Part shown: piece after piece, positions 35,777 through 44,638 of the stretch
How the letters are laid out: each line of letters opens with the position of its first letter
How positions within the stretch are numbered: the stretch's first letter is position 1
Assembly (NCBI GenBank): GCA_963822965.1
Contig: CAWGJT010000010.1
Coordinates: forward strand, 352,001 to 416,000
Length of the DNA stretch: 64,000 bases
From: an uncultured delta proteobacterium
GTDB taxonomy: Bacteria; Myxococcota_A; UBA9160; UBA4427
Reading direction: 5' to 3'
The notes under the pieces: model-generated
Told to the model about the DNA's origin: nothing
Database searches by the model: none
What the model saw: only the letters and a program-made list of their open reading frames with translations
Translations under genes and position numbers: made by a program

Positions 35777-37072
35777 CTAGAAGGAGAGCTTGCGCAGGTA
35801 CTCGAGGTCGGTCTTCTGGGTGTTCTTGGCGCCCACGGCCAGGATCCGGAAGCGCCGCTTCGTCCCCTTCGTGTAGTAGATGCGCCCTTTGCCGGCGAAG
35901 CCGAGCTCGAAGACGACGTGGCTCGCCGGAAGTCCGCCCACCTTGCGGCGGATGGAGAGATTCTCGGTCTCCTCCGCCAGGCGCTTCATGGCCTCCTCGG
36001 CCTTCAGCTTCATCACCTCGTCCTTCAGGGCCACCACGTCGGACAGGGCGCGGCCGTCGATCTCGAGGCTCTTGTACAGGGTCTCGAAGCGACGCGCGAG
36101 CAGGTCGGCCTCCCGGCCGCGCCCGCTTCCCGCGGCGCCTCCGGAGCGCTTGAGGGTCTTCTCGAGGGTGCGGATCTCCTGGTCCTTGGACGCGAGGTCG
36201 CTGCCCGCCTCTTCGAGCAGGTCTTCCAGGGCCTGACGTTCCTGGTCGAGCTCCACCGCCCGGGCCGCCTTCAGCCGCAGCTCCTCCTCGCGCCGCGCGA
36301 GAGCGGAGACCTTGCCCTGCAGGTTCTCGCGTTCGCGTTGCAGCGCGCGGATCTCCTCGGTCTGCTCGCGCTCGGCCGGCTCCACCTCGAGCATCCGCCG
36401 GCGCACGGCCTCGAGTTCCTGCTCGATGGACTGGGCCCTCAGCACGGTGAGATCGCGGGCCGCCACGGCCTCGTTGAGGCGCCGGCTCTCGCCGCGACTC
36501 ACCGCGCGGTTGTAGAAGAAGAGGGTGCACAGCAGGACCGCCGCGTACGAGACGAGGATCGCGTTGGCGAGCAGCGCGTTGTGCGGCACCGAGACGATCA
36601 CCTCGTCGTTGGCCGGCAGCAGGCGCTCGGCCTCGCGGGCGATCTCCGCCGGGTCGAGGGACGAGCGCCGGGGGATGGTGCGACCGCCCGCGTAGATCCA
36701 GGTGCGCGCGTCGCTCGCGAGCACGATGACCGTCACCTTGACGCCGCCCCAACGGATCCAGCGCGACTGCATGACCTGCCGGTCGATGCGGTTCTGGATC
36801 TGCGTGGTCACGGGCATGCTCAGATCCGTGACGTGGACGGCCTGCTCGACGATCGAGTCGAAGTGTCGCTGGAGCAGCTGCTCGGCGCCCTTCACGCTGA
36901 ATACGTAGAGCACGATGAAGACGAAGATCGCCACATAGGTGACGCGGAACGCGTAGAGGCGGTCGAGCCCCGGGCCGAAGCTCCGGAAGCCCCAGCGGGC
37001 GGAGCGCTCCGGCTCGTCTCGAGGCTGGGTGGCGCCGTCTCGGGGCCCGTCGTCGTCGGAAGGGTTCTGCAT
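35777..37072 (-). CDS. Membrane protein with 2 TM helices, a coiled coil and a C-terminal RelE/HigB-like domain
   Basis: TM segments VTYVAIFVFIVLYVFSV and ALLANAILVSYAAVLLCTLFFY; long E/R/L heptad region; VFELGFAGKGRIYY...RILAVGAKNTQKTDLEYL. Confidence 0.7.
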   Translation of the reverse strand: MQNPSDDDGPRDGATQPRDEPERSARWGFRSFGPGLDRLYAFRVTYVAIFVFIVLYVFSVKGAEQLLQRHFDSIVEQAVHVTDLSMPVTTQIQNRIDRQVMQSRWIRWGGVKVTVIVLASDARTWIYAGGRTIPRRSSLDPAEIAREAERLLPANDEVIVSVPHNALLANAILVSYAAVLLCTLFFYNRAVSRGESRRLNEAVAARDLTVLRAQSIEQELEAVRRRMLEVEPAEREQTEEIRALQRERENLQGKVSALARREEELRLKAARAVELDQERQALEDLLEEAGSDLASKDQEIRTLEKTLKRSGGAAGSGRGREADLLARRFETLYKSLEIDGRALSDVVALKDEVMKLKAEEAMKRLAEETENLSIRRKVGGLPASHVVFELGFAGKGRIYYTKGTKRRFRILAVGAKNTQKTDLEYLRKLSF

Positions 37073-37146
37073 GCGCGTCGCCTAGAATACCCCAACGGGG
37101 TGCCGGGTCGGTCCGCGGCGCGGGCGAGCTGCTACCGTCGCGCGCC

Positions 37147-37995
37147 GTGAGAGTCGTGGATCTCGACCGGGACATGAGCGACGTCATTCCCACCGGCATG
37201 ACGCCGGACAGCGAGTACCTCTTCCAGCGCATGACGGACGTGACCCTCGATCGGGCGCTCCCCGGTCCGGGGCGTTGCATCCTCGACGTCGCGAGCGGGG
37301 TGGGCCAGGACTCCATCGCCCTGGCCGCCCGCGGCGCGCGGGTGGTGGGCGCCGAGCCGTCGCGCCGTATGACGCAGATGGCGCGTCTCTTCGCCGCCGA
37401 GCGGCTCCCGGCGGCGTCGGCCGAGAGCCGCGATCCGGGCGACCCCGCGCGCGGCGACGGGCGACGGATGGCGCTGGACTGGGTGCAGGGCTGGTCCGAC
37501 CGCCTTCCCTTCGCCACTGGGAGCTTCGACGCGGTCGTCTGCAAGGGCGCCATCGACCACTTCGATCAGCCCGAGCAGGCGATCGCCGAGATGGCCCGGG
37601 TGACGAAGCGCGACGGTCGCGTGGTGCTCGCCATCGCCAACTTCGAGTCGTTGGCGTGTCGGGTCGGTCGCGCCGTCGACGAGGTCCGCGAAGGGCTCGG
37701 CCTGACGCCGGTGCGCGAGCGCCGGGGCTACGACGCCCCCAGCGACCACTTCACGCGCTACGAGGTGGACCTGATGCGCGAGCAGGCGGCGCTCCACCTG
37801 GTGGTCGAGAGTGTCGAGGGAATCTCCGTCGGCTGGGGCATGCCCGGCTGGTCGAAGGCGACCGCGCGGCTGCCCCGATCGGTCGCCCACGCGGCCGTTC
37901 AGGCGCTGGACGGGGTGGCCCGGCTGGCGCCGGCGTGGGCGGACGTGATCGTCCTCGTGGGGCGCCCGCGTCGCTCCGCGAGCACGTCCCGATAG
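37147..37995 (+). CDS. Class I SAM-dependent methyltransferase
   Basis: ILDVASGVG, LPFATGSFDAV, EMARVTKRDG. Confidence 0.87.
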   Translation: MRVVDLDRDMSDVIPTGMTPDSEYLFQRMTDVTLDRALPGPGRCILDVASGVGQDSIALAARGARVVGAEPSRRMTQMARLFAAERLPAASAESRDPGDPARGDGRRMALDWVQGWSDRLPFATGSFDAVVCKGAIDHFDQPEQAIAEMARVTKRDGRVVLAIANFESLACRVGRAVDEVREGLGLTPVRERRGYDAPSDHFTRYEVDLMREQAALHLVVESVEGISVGWGMPGWSKATARLPRSVAHAAVQALDGVARLAPAWADVIVLVGRPRRSASTSR

Positions 37996-39239
37996 ACCCG
38001 CACGGTCGACTCCGCCACGTGACGCCAGGAGAACGCAGCCTCGACCCGCGCCCGGGCCCGCGCACCCAGGGCCGCGCGGCGTTCCGGGTCGTCCAGCAGC
38101 TCGCGGATGCCGCGAGCGAGCGCGTCGGGATCGTCGCGGGGGACGAGCTTTCCGCCCCCCGCCACCCGCATCACCTCCGGAAGGGCGCCCGCCTGGCACG
38201 CCACCACCGGCGTGCCGCAGGCCATCGCCTCGACGGCGGGCAGCCCGAAGCCTTCGAAGCGCGAGGGCACCACCACCAGCGTGGCGCGACGGTAGAGCTG
38301 CAGGAGCTGGTCGCGCGAGACGCGTCCCACCACGGCGAGTCGCTTGCCCACCCCCGCCGCTCGCGCCCACTTGAAGATCTCGTTGTCCGGGTGGTCGTTG
38401 TCGACGAGCGTGAGGGTCACGTGCTCGGGCAGACGCGCGAGGGCGTGGACGAGGGTGCGGATCCCCTTGTTCGGGTCCACGGCCCGACCGACGCACACGA
38501 GCTCCGCTTCGCTGCGCGCGACGCCGCGGTTCGGGCAGTAGTAGTCCGTGTCGAGACCGTTGCTGACGTTCACCACGCGCTCCCCCGACACGCCGAAGTC
38601 CTCGACGATCTGGCGGGCGCTCGTCTCGGAGGAAGTGAGGATGCGGTCGATCCGTCGGGCGACGAAGCGCTGCATGCCGATGGGATAGAACTTGGCGGTG
38701 CCGACCGCCTGACGCAGGTTCTCGTCGCGCACGAACGAAGCGCGACGGTCCACCGTGAGCGGGTGGTGCACCGTGGTGACCACCGGCAGCCCCAGGGCGC
38801 GCACGCCCAGCAGTCCGTAGCCCAGACACTGCACGTCGTGTACGAGATCCCAGCGCGCCCCGCCGCGAATCGCCCCGGCGAGGGCGCCGAAGGCCCGGAC
38901 GCTGAATGCGAAGGGCTCCGGCAGGAAGCCGAGGCGGCTGGCGGCGAGCTCGTAGAAGTTCAGCGGCGAGAACACCTCGGTCGGGTGCTCCTCGCCGAGC
39001 ATGGCGGCGTAGTCCCGGGTGAACCACTTGGCCCACATCTCGCGGTTCGGGATGGGGTGCACGGCCTCGGCCCAGGGCATGGGGTCGGGATGGGGAGGGC
39101 CGACGAAGACCTCCACCCGGTGCCCCAGGCGGGTCAGCTCGCGCGCCAGGAACCAGAGATAGATGCCCTGCCCGCCGCACTGCATGTTGCCGCGGTAGGC
39201 GACGAAGGCGATGCGGAGGGGCTCGCCCGGCGGCGTCAC
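37899..39239 (-). CDS. GT4 glycosyltransferase, ManT-like (copy 2)
   Basis: RIAFVAYRGNMQCGGQGIY, HDVQCLG, TTVHHPLTVDR, EGFGLPAVEAMACG. Confidence 0.88.
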   Translation of the reverse strand: MTPPGEPLRIAFVAYRGNMQCGGQGIYLWFLARELTRLGHRVEVFVGPPHPDPMPWAEAVHPIPNREMWAKWFTRDYAAMLGEEHPTEVFSPLNFYELAASRLGFLPEPFAFSVRAFGALAGAIRGGARWDLVHDVQCLGYGLLGVRALGLPVVTTVHHPLTVDRRASFVRDENLRQAVGTAKFYPIGMQRFVARRIDRILTSSETSARQIVEDFGVSGERVVNVSNGLDTDYYCPNRGVARSEAELVCVGRAVDPNKGIRTLVHALARLPEHVTLTLVDNDHPDNEIFKWARAAGVGKRLAVVGRVSRDQLLQLYRRATLVVVPSRFEGFGLPAVEAMACGTPVVACQAGALPEVMRVAGGGKLVPRDDPDALARGIRELLDDPERRAALGARARARVEAAFSWRHVAESTVRVYRDVLAERRGRPTRTITSAHAGASRATPSSA

Positions 39240-39242
39240 GGC

Positions 39243-39992
39243 TCAGCCCGTCGCAGCGAGGGGAGGCTCGCTGTCGCTCGCGCGGACGCGCTCGGCGGGC
39301 TTCTCCGCGTACAGGATCAGGCTCTTGGGGCAGACGTAGTTGAGCGCCTTCTCCACGCGATCCAGCAGCTTCGAGGCGGTCGCGCGGATGAGGAAGGTCC
39401 GGTAGGCGCGCACCATCGCGCTCTCGTCCGCGTCGGGCAGGTTCATCACCGAGCGCAGCACCCAGTAGGGGGTGTGGAAGCCGTGGGCGAAGCCGACGCC
39501 GGTGGTGGAGAGGCCCGCGTCGGCCAGGCCGAGGGCCAGGTCCCGGGGGCGGAAGATGCGGATGTGGCCGCCCGGGCTCTCGAAGTACTCGTCGCCCAGG
39601 CGCAGGTAGAGGTTCTCGCTGGTGGCCGTCGGAATCGTCACCGCCACCCGTCCCCCGGGCCGGGTGACGCGTGCCAGCTCCCGGGCCGCGCCGCGGTAGT
39701 CGTGCACGTGCTCCATCACCTCCGAGCAGATCACCCGGTCGAAGGTCGCGTCCGCGAAGGGCAGGTGGAACGCGTCCCCCTGGACCATCTCGCCGGTGCG
39801 CCCGAGCTCGCGCGCCCGTCCGCGCAGGCGCTTGCTGGCGTCTCGAAGGGAGCCGAAGTCGAGATCGAGCCCCACGACGTGGGCGCCCCGCTCGAGGCAG
39901 CCGAAGCAGTGACGTCCCTCGCCGCAGCCCGCGTCGAGCACCCAGTGCCCGGCGCGGACGTCAAGCTGCGCGAGATCGACCGTGAGCAGCAC
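39243..39992 (-). CDS. Class I SAM methyltransferase, MeT3-like
   Basis: LLTVDL, LDAGCGEGRH, ICSEVMEH, PGGHIRIF, AHGFHTPYW. Confidence 0.87.
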   Translation of the reverse strand: MLLTVDLAQLDVRAGHWVLDAGCGEGRHCFGCLERGAHVVGLDLDFGSLRDASKRLRGRARELGRTGEMVQGDAFHLPFADATFDRVICSEVMEHVHDYRGAARELARVTRPGGRVAVTIPTATSENLYLRLGDEYFESPGGHIRIFRPRDLALGLADAGLSTTGVGFAHGFHTPYWVLRSVMNLPDADESAMVRAYRTFLIRATASKLLDRVEKALNYVCPKSLILYAEKPAERVRASDSEPPLAATG

Positions 39993-41220
39993 GCAGGGTC
40001 TCCTCGAAGACGTGCACGAGGTTGGCGGCCGCGTCGCTCCACTGGAAGGTGTGCTCGACGCGGGCACGGGCGTCGCGCCCCATCTGCTCGGTACGCGCGG
40101 GATCCGAGAGCACGTCCGCCATGGCGTCGGCCATGGCCCGGGCGTTGCGCGGCGGTACGAGCCGGCCCGCGCGGCCGTCGGTGCCCACCACCTCGGGCAG
40201 GGCGCCGGCCGCGTTCGCGACGACCGCGAGACCGCACGCCATGGCCTCGCTCGCCGGGAATCCGAAGCCCTCGAAGAACGAGGGAACGATGGCCACCCGC
40301 GCCGTCGAGTACTCGCGCACCAGCTGCTCCACGGTGAGCATGCGGTCGCGGATGATCACGCGCTTCTCGAGCCCGTAGCGGCGGATGAGGCTCGGCACGA
40401 GCCCGTCGCGGGGGATGCGACCGTCGACGATCTTCAGGGTCACGTGCTCGGGCAGCAGGGAGAGCGCCTCGAGCATCGTGCCGATGCCCTTCTTGCGGTC
40501 CTCGGTGCGCCCGACGAAGAGCATGTCGGCTTCCTTCGGAACGTCGGGGATCGGCCGGAAGATCTCCGTGTCCGTGCCGTTGTACACCACGGCCACTTCC
40601 TTCTGGGGAATGCCGAAGTAGCGCTCGATCTCGACCCGCGAGGCCTGGGAGACGGTCACGATCCGGTCGAGGCGTCGCGCGACCTGCTGCTGCATGAAGA
40701 GCGGGAAGTACAGCGTGCGCTTCACCTTCTTCACGAGACGCGGGTCGATGGCGAAGTCCGCCTCACGGTCGATGTGCAGCGGATGGTGAATGACCGACAC
40801 CACCGGCACGCCGAGCGCCCGCAGCCCCAGGAGTCCCCAGCTGAGGCACTGGTTGTCGAAGACGACGTCGAAGCGATGGCGCTGCTGGATCTGCTTCCAG
40901 CGCGCCAGAAGGCGGAAGCCGAAGGTCTGCATCTCGGGAAAGACGCCGAATCGGGACACGCCGAGCTCCCACAGCGACAAGGGCTTCAGCAGGGAGAAGG
41001 GCGCCTTCGGGTCGTAGAAGTCGGGGTACTTCTGCCCGAACACGTTGTCGTTCGGGATCACGTGCAGCGGGATGCCGTCCTCGAGCTCGGGGAGCGGCGG
41101 GCCGGCGAAGACGTGCACGTCGTGTCCGGCCCGCTTCCACTCCCGCGCGAGGTAGGCGGCGTAGATTCCCTGGCCCCCGCAGAACATGTTGCCGCGGTAC
41201 GTGAGGAGGGCGATCCGCAT
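39961..41220 (-). CDS. GT4 glycosyltransferase, ManT-like (copy 1)
   Basis: MRIALLTYRGNMFCGGQGIY, FPEMQTF, FDNQCL, IHHPLHIDR, EGFGFPASEAMACG. Confidence 0.88.
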   Translation of the reverse strand: MRIALLTYRGNMFCGGQGIYAAYLAREWKRAGHDVHVFAGPPLPELEDGIPLHVIPNDNVFGQKYPDFYDPKAPFSLLKPLSLWELGVSRFGVFPEMQTFGFRLLARWKQIQQRHRFDVVFDNQCLSWGLLGLRALGVPVVSVIHHPLHIDREADFAIDPRLVKKVKRTLYFPLFMQQQVARRLDRIVTVSQASRVEIERYFGIPQKEVAVVYNGTDTEIFRPIPDVPKEADMLFVGRTEDRKKGIGTMLEALSLLPEHVTLKIVDGRIPRDGLVPSLIRRYGLEKRVIIRDRMLTVEQLVREYSTARVAIVPSFFEGFGFPASEAMACGLAVVANAAGALPEVVGTDGRAGRLVPPRNARAMADAMADVLSDPARTEQMGRDARARVEHTFQWSDAAANLVHVFEETLRAAHGRSRAA

Positions 41221-41223
41221 GGC

Positions 41224-41469
41224 TCAGCTGCCGGAGGCTTCCCGCACGGGCTCGGGCTCCTCCGCCGCGGGCGGCTCCGCCTCCACCTGGACCGTGGCGA
41301 TGGTATGGCCCACCCAGGCCACCAGGCCCAGCACGAAGAAGACCAGCACGGCGACGGGGACCGCGAGCGCCCAGTAGCTGCCGTTCAGGATGCCCGCGAG
41401 GAAGAGCAGACCGAGGAAGAGGGCACCGCCCATGATGGCCCAGCCCTGGTTGCGAGACGTTTCGTTCAT
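41224..41469 (-). CDS. Small two-TM membrane protein
   Basis: 81 aa with two hydrophobic helices, ending 3 bp upstream of the GT4 gene. Confidence 0.7.
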   Translation of the reverse strand: MNETSRNQGWAIMGGALFLGLLFLAGILNGSYWALAVPVAVLVFFVLGLVAWVGHTIATVQVEAEPPAAEEPEPVREASGS

Positions 41470-41648
41470 TTCGGGGTTCTCCGTGGGCGGATGCGGTGCA
41501 CGGCGGGCGCGGGGCGCTGCGGCGGCCGAGTATTCGGGTCGCTTACCCTCCTGTCAACTGCGGCGGATTCGCGAGAAAGTACGGGCTTCCTCGCATACAC
41601 TGGCCGCCGTTCCGCCAGGTGGGGCGGGGTGAGCAGGGGGGCTCTCGC

Positions 41649-42803
41649 GTGCGGGTGATCGGTCTCATGAGCGGCACGTCCGCGGATGGCGTCGACGCGG
41701 CGCTCGTCGAGTGGCCCGACGGTCCCGCCGCGCAGCCCTTCCGGCTGCTGGCGTTCCAGGAGGTGCCCTTCGAGCGTCCGCTGCAGGAGCGCATCCATCG
41801 CCTGGCGGCGGGTCGGGTCCCGGGCGGGGAGGCACTGCGAGAGCTCGCCGCCCTCGACGTGGTGCTCGGCGAGCGATTCGCGGCGGCGGCGGCGGCGGTC
41901 GCGGACGAGGCGGGCATCGCGCTCGACGCCGTGCGGGCCGTGGCCTCCCACGGACAGACGGTCGCCCACCATCCCGAGCTCGGCGCGTCGCTCCAGATCG
42001 GCGATCCGTCCCTGATCGCGGAGCGCACCGGCTGTACCGTGGTGGCGGACTTCCGGCCGCGCGACCTGGCGGCGGGAGGCGAGGGCGCCCCCCTCGCGCC
42101 CTTCTTCCACCAGGCGGCCCTGTCCCATGCGGCCGAGAACCGGGTAGCCCTCAACCTGGGTGGCATCGCGAACCTGACCTGGCTGCCCGCGGGCGACCCG
42201 GAAGGCGTCATCGCCTTCGACGTGGGCCCCGCCAACGCGCTGGTGGACGGCGTGGTACGAGCCGCCACGGGGGGCGAAGAGCGCATGGACCTCGACGGAC
42301 GCCGGGCGCTGCGCGGACGAGCCGATCCGGCGTTGCTCGCAAGGCTGCTCGACGACGACTTCCTCGAGCGCCCGCCGCCCAAGTCCACCGGTCGGGAGCG
42401 CTACGGCAGCGCCGAGGCCGAGGCCCTGGCCGACGAGTGGAAACGTGCGCGCCGGGACGTCGACGACCTGGTCGCCACCCTGGTCGCCTTCACCGCCGAG
42501 GCCGTCGCCCGCGCGTGTCGCGAGCTGCTCCCGGGCTCGCCCCGGATCGACCGGGTCCTGGTGGGCGGCGGCGGCGCGCGCAACCCCGCCGTGCTGGCGC
42601 GGCTGGTGCGCGCCCTGCCCGGAGCCGCGGTCCAGCCCTTCGACGCCGCCGGCGTGCCCGCAGGCGCCGCCGAGGCGATGGCCTTCTCGCTGATGGGTCG
42701 CAACGCCCTGCTCGGGATTCCGAACCATCTGCCGCGCTGCAGCGGCGCGAACCGGGCGGCGGTGCTCGGCGAGATCGTGCCGGGCCGTTCGGGGCGCGTC
42801 TAG
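41649..42803 (+). CDS. anmK: Anhydro-N-acetylmuramic acid kinase
   Basis: IGLMSGTSADGVD, SHGQT, DFRPRDLAAGGEGAPL, LNLGGIAN, FDVGPAN, PKSTGRE. Confidence 0.95.
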   Translation: MRVIGLMSGTSADGVDAALVEWPDGPAAQPFRLLAFQEVPFERPLQERIHRLAAGRVPGGEALRELAALDVVLGERFAAAAAAVADEAGIALDAVRAVASHGQTVAHHPELGASLQIGDPSLIAERTGCTVVADFRPRDLAAGGEGAPLAPFFHQAALSHAAENRVALNLGGIANLTWLPAGDPEGVIAFDVGPANALVDGVVRAATGGEERMDLDGRRALRGRADPALLARLLDDDFLERPPPKSTGRERYGSAEAEALADEWKRARRDVDDLVATLVAFTAEAVARACRELLPGSPRIDRVLVGGGGARNPAVLARLVRALPGAAVQPFDAAGVPAGAAEAMAFSLMGRNALLGIPNHLPRCSGANRAAVLGEIVPGRSGRV

Positions 42804-42845
42804 CCAGCGGGCCGGGGACCGCGCGTCTCCAACGAGTGACGGCGT

Positions 42846-43583
42846 TCAGAGCTTGACGACCAGACCGTCGTCGGCGGTCTCGATCGAGCATCGCCCGCGC
42901 ATCTCGACCATCTCCTCGCCCAGGTGGGTGAGCAGCAGGCGACCGCAGTCGAAGTCGCCCTCGTGCGCCTCGACGGTGGCCAGGTTCAGGTGGAAGTCGA
43001 GCGTCTCGCGGTGCAGGGTGCACTCGCAGATGAACAGGTCCGCGCCCGCGGAGAGGCGCGGCAGCTCGGGGAACCAGCCCGTGTCCCCGGAATACGCGAT
43101 CGTCCGGTCGCCCATGTCGACGCGATAGCCCTGGGGATGGGCTTCGATCTGGTGCTTCGTCTCGAAGGCGCGGATCTGCGCGGGGCCGATCGAGCCGGTC
43201 TCGCCTGCGACGATCTCCGTGAAGTGGATCGGGAAGGTCCAGTCGCGGTCTTCGATGGCGTGTCCCATGGCGCGGGCCAGGGCGCGAACGCGCGCCTCCA
43301 CGTCGACGGGGCCCGCGATGTGGAGGGGATGGCGCCGTTCGTCCTGGTAGAGTGCCGCCAGCAGCAGCAGCGGGATGCCGCCGAAGTGGTCGCCGTGGAA
43401 GTGGGAGACGAGGATCGCGTCGATCTCGTTGCGATCGACGCCGAGCGCGCCGAGGCCCGTGCCGGTGGTGGCGCCGCAGTCGAGCAGCAGGGTGCCGCGG
43501 GACCCGCGCACGAGCACGGCCGACTGCCGGCGCCCGCCGGCGCCGAAGGCGTCGCTCGTTCCGATGAAGAGCACCTCGCTCAC
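42846..43583 (-). CDS. MBL-fold metallo-hydrolase (RNase Z/BN-like)
   Basis: GTSDAFG, LLDCG, SHFHGDH, YSGDTG, LTHL. Confidence 0.88.
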   Translation of the reverse strand: MSEVLFIGTSDAFGAGGRRQSAVLVRGSRGTLLLDCGATTGTGLGALGVDRNEIDAILVSHFHGDHFGGIPLLLLAALYQDERRHPLHIAGPVDVEARVRALARAMGHAIEDRDWTFPIHFTEIVAGETGSIGPAQIRAFETKHQIEAHPQGYRVDMGDRTIAYSGDTGWFPELPRLSAGADLFICECTLHRETLDFHLNLATVEAHEGDFDCGRLLLTHLGEEMVEMRGRCSIETADDGLVVKL

Positions 43584-43678
43584 TCGCGTTCCCGCCTCCC
43601 CGTCCCGGCCCGCGCCTCGAGCCGTCGAGGTTACCGCGCCGGGTCCCCGCTGCCGGGCGCCGTCGATCGTCCCACCGG

Positions 43679-44638
43679 CTACGCGCGGGCGGGGACGAAG
43701 CGCCCGCCCGCCCAGATTCCGTCCCGGGCGCGGACGTCCGCCGGCACCCGCTCCCCGGGCCACACCACCACACGTTGGAGGGAGGCGCCCGGCTCCACCA
43801 CGGCTCCCTCCCCCAGAATCACGATCTCCTCGTTGCGCTGCGATCGCCGTGAGCCGTTGGACCCCGGTCCGACGATCGTCGCAGCCGGTCTCCCCGGGAT
43901 CTCCGACGCGTAGGAGAGGGGCGGAGGCTCCAGGTTGGCCGTCCAGTACTCTTCGGTCGTCCCCACCGGTTCCCAAAGGAAATGCTCGGCGGGAATCGCG
44001 TCGCAGCGGACGTCGCGCGCGCCGGCTCGAACCAGGGGCGCGAGCCAGTCCGTCAGGTCCTCGAAGGCCGTGGCCGGGGGCCAGTCGGTCAGGCCGCGCG
44101 CCGAGACGATCCGGATGCCGGGAAACAGGCCCAGGTGCGTCTCGCCGCCGAGGTCGAGGCGCCGGCCGACCCGGCGCAGGCAGCCCTCGTCGTCCGCGCC
44201 CAGGGTTCCGAAGGAGGCCGCCCGGGGGTCGTTGCTCCGCAACAGCAGCGTGTAGCGGTCCCCGCGTTCGCGATGGCGTCGGACCGCCGCCTGTAGATCG
44301 AAGTCGACGAGCATGTCGCCGGCGAGCACCAGCGAGGGGTCGCTCTGCCGCAGGAAGTCGGCGACGGCGCGGATGCCGCCGCCGGTCCCGAGCAGCTCCG
44401 TCTCCTCGGAGTAGACGACCCGGAGCCCCGGCGGGCGGTGGCGCTCGACGGCGTCCCGCACGCTGTCGGGCAGATGATGGAGGTTGATCACCACCTCGTT
44501 GACATCGTGCTTCGCCAGCAGCGTGAGCGTGTGCGCGATCACCGGAATTCCCCGGATCGGCATGGCCGGCTTGGCGCACCAGTCGGAAAGGGGCCGGAGC
44601 CGGGTCCCCAGGCCCGCGGCCAGGATCATGGCGCGCAT
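43679..44638 (-). CDS. Sugar-1-phosphate nucleotidyltransferase, MurU-like
   Basis: MRAMILAAGLGTRLRPLS...KP, INLHHL, ELLGTGGG; directly downstream of the AmgK-like gene. Confidence 0.85.
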   Translation of the reverse strand: MRAMILAAGLGTRLRPLSDWCAKPAMPIRGIPVIAHTLTLLAKHDVNEVVINLHHLPDSVRDAVERHRPPGLRVVYSEETELLGTGGGIRAVADFLRQSDPSLVLAGDMLVDFDLQAAVRRHRERGDRYTLLLRSNDPRAASFGTLGADDEGCLRRVGRRLDLGGETHLGLFPGIRIVSARGLTDWPPATAFEDLTDWLAPLVRAGARDVRCDAIPAEHFLWEPVGTTEEYWTANLEPPPLSYASEIPGRPAATIVGPGSNGSRRSQRNEEIVILGEGAVVEPGASLQRVVVWPGERVPADVRARDGIWAGGRFVPARA

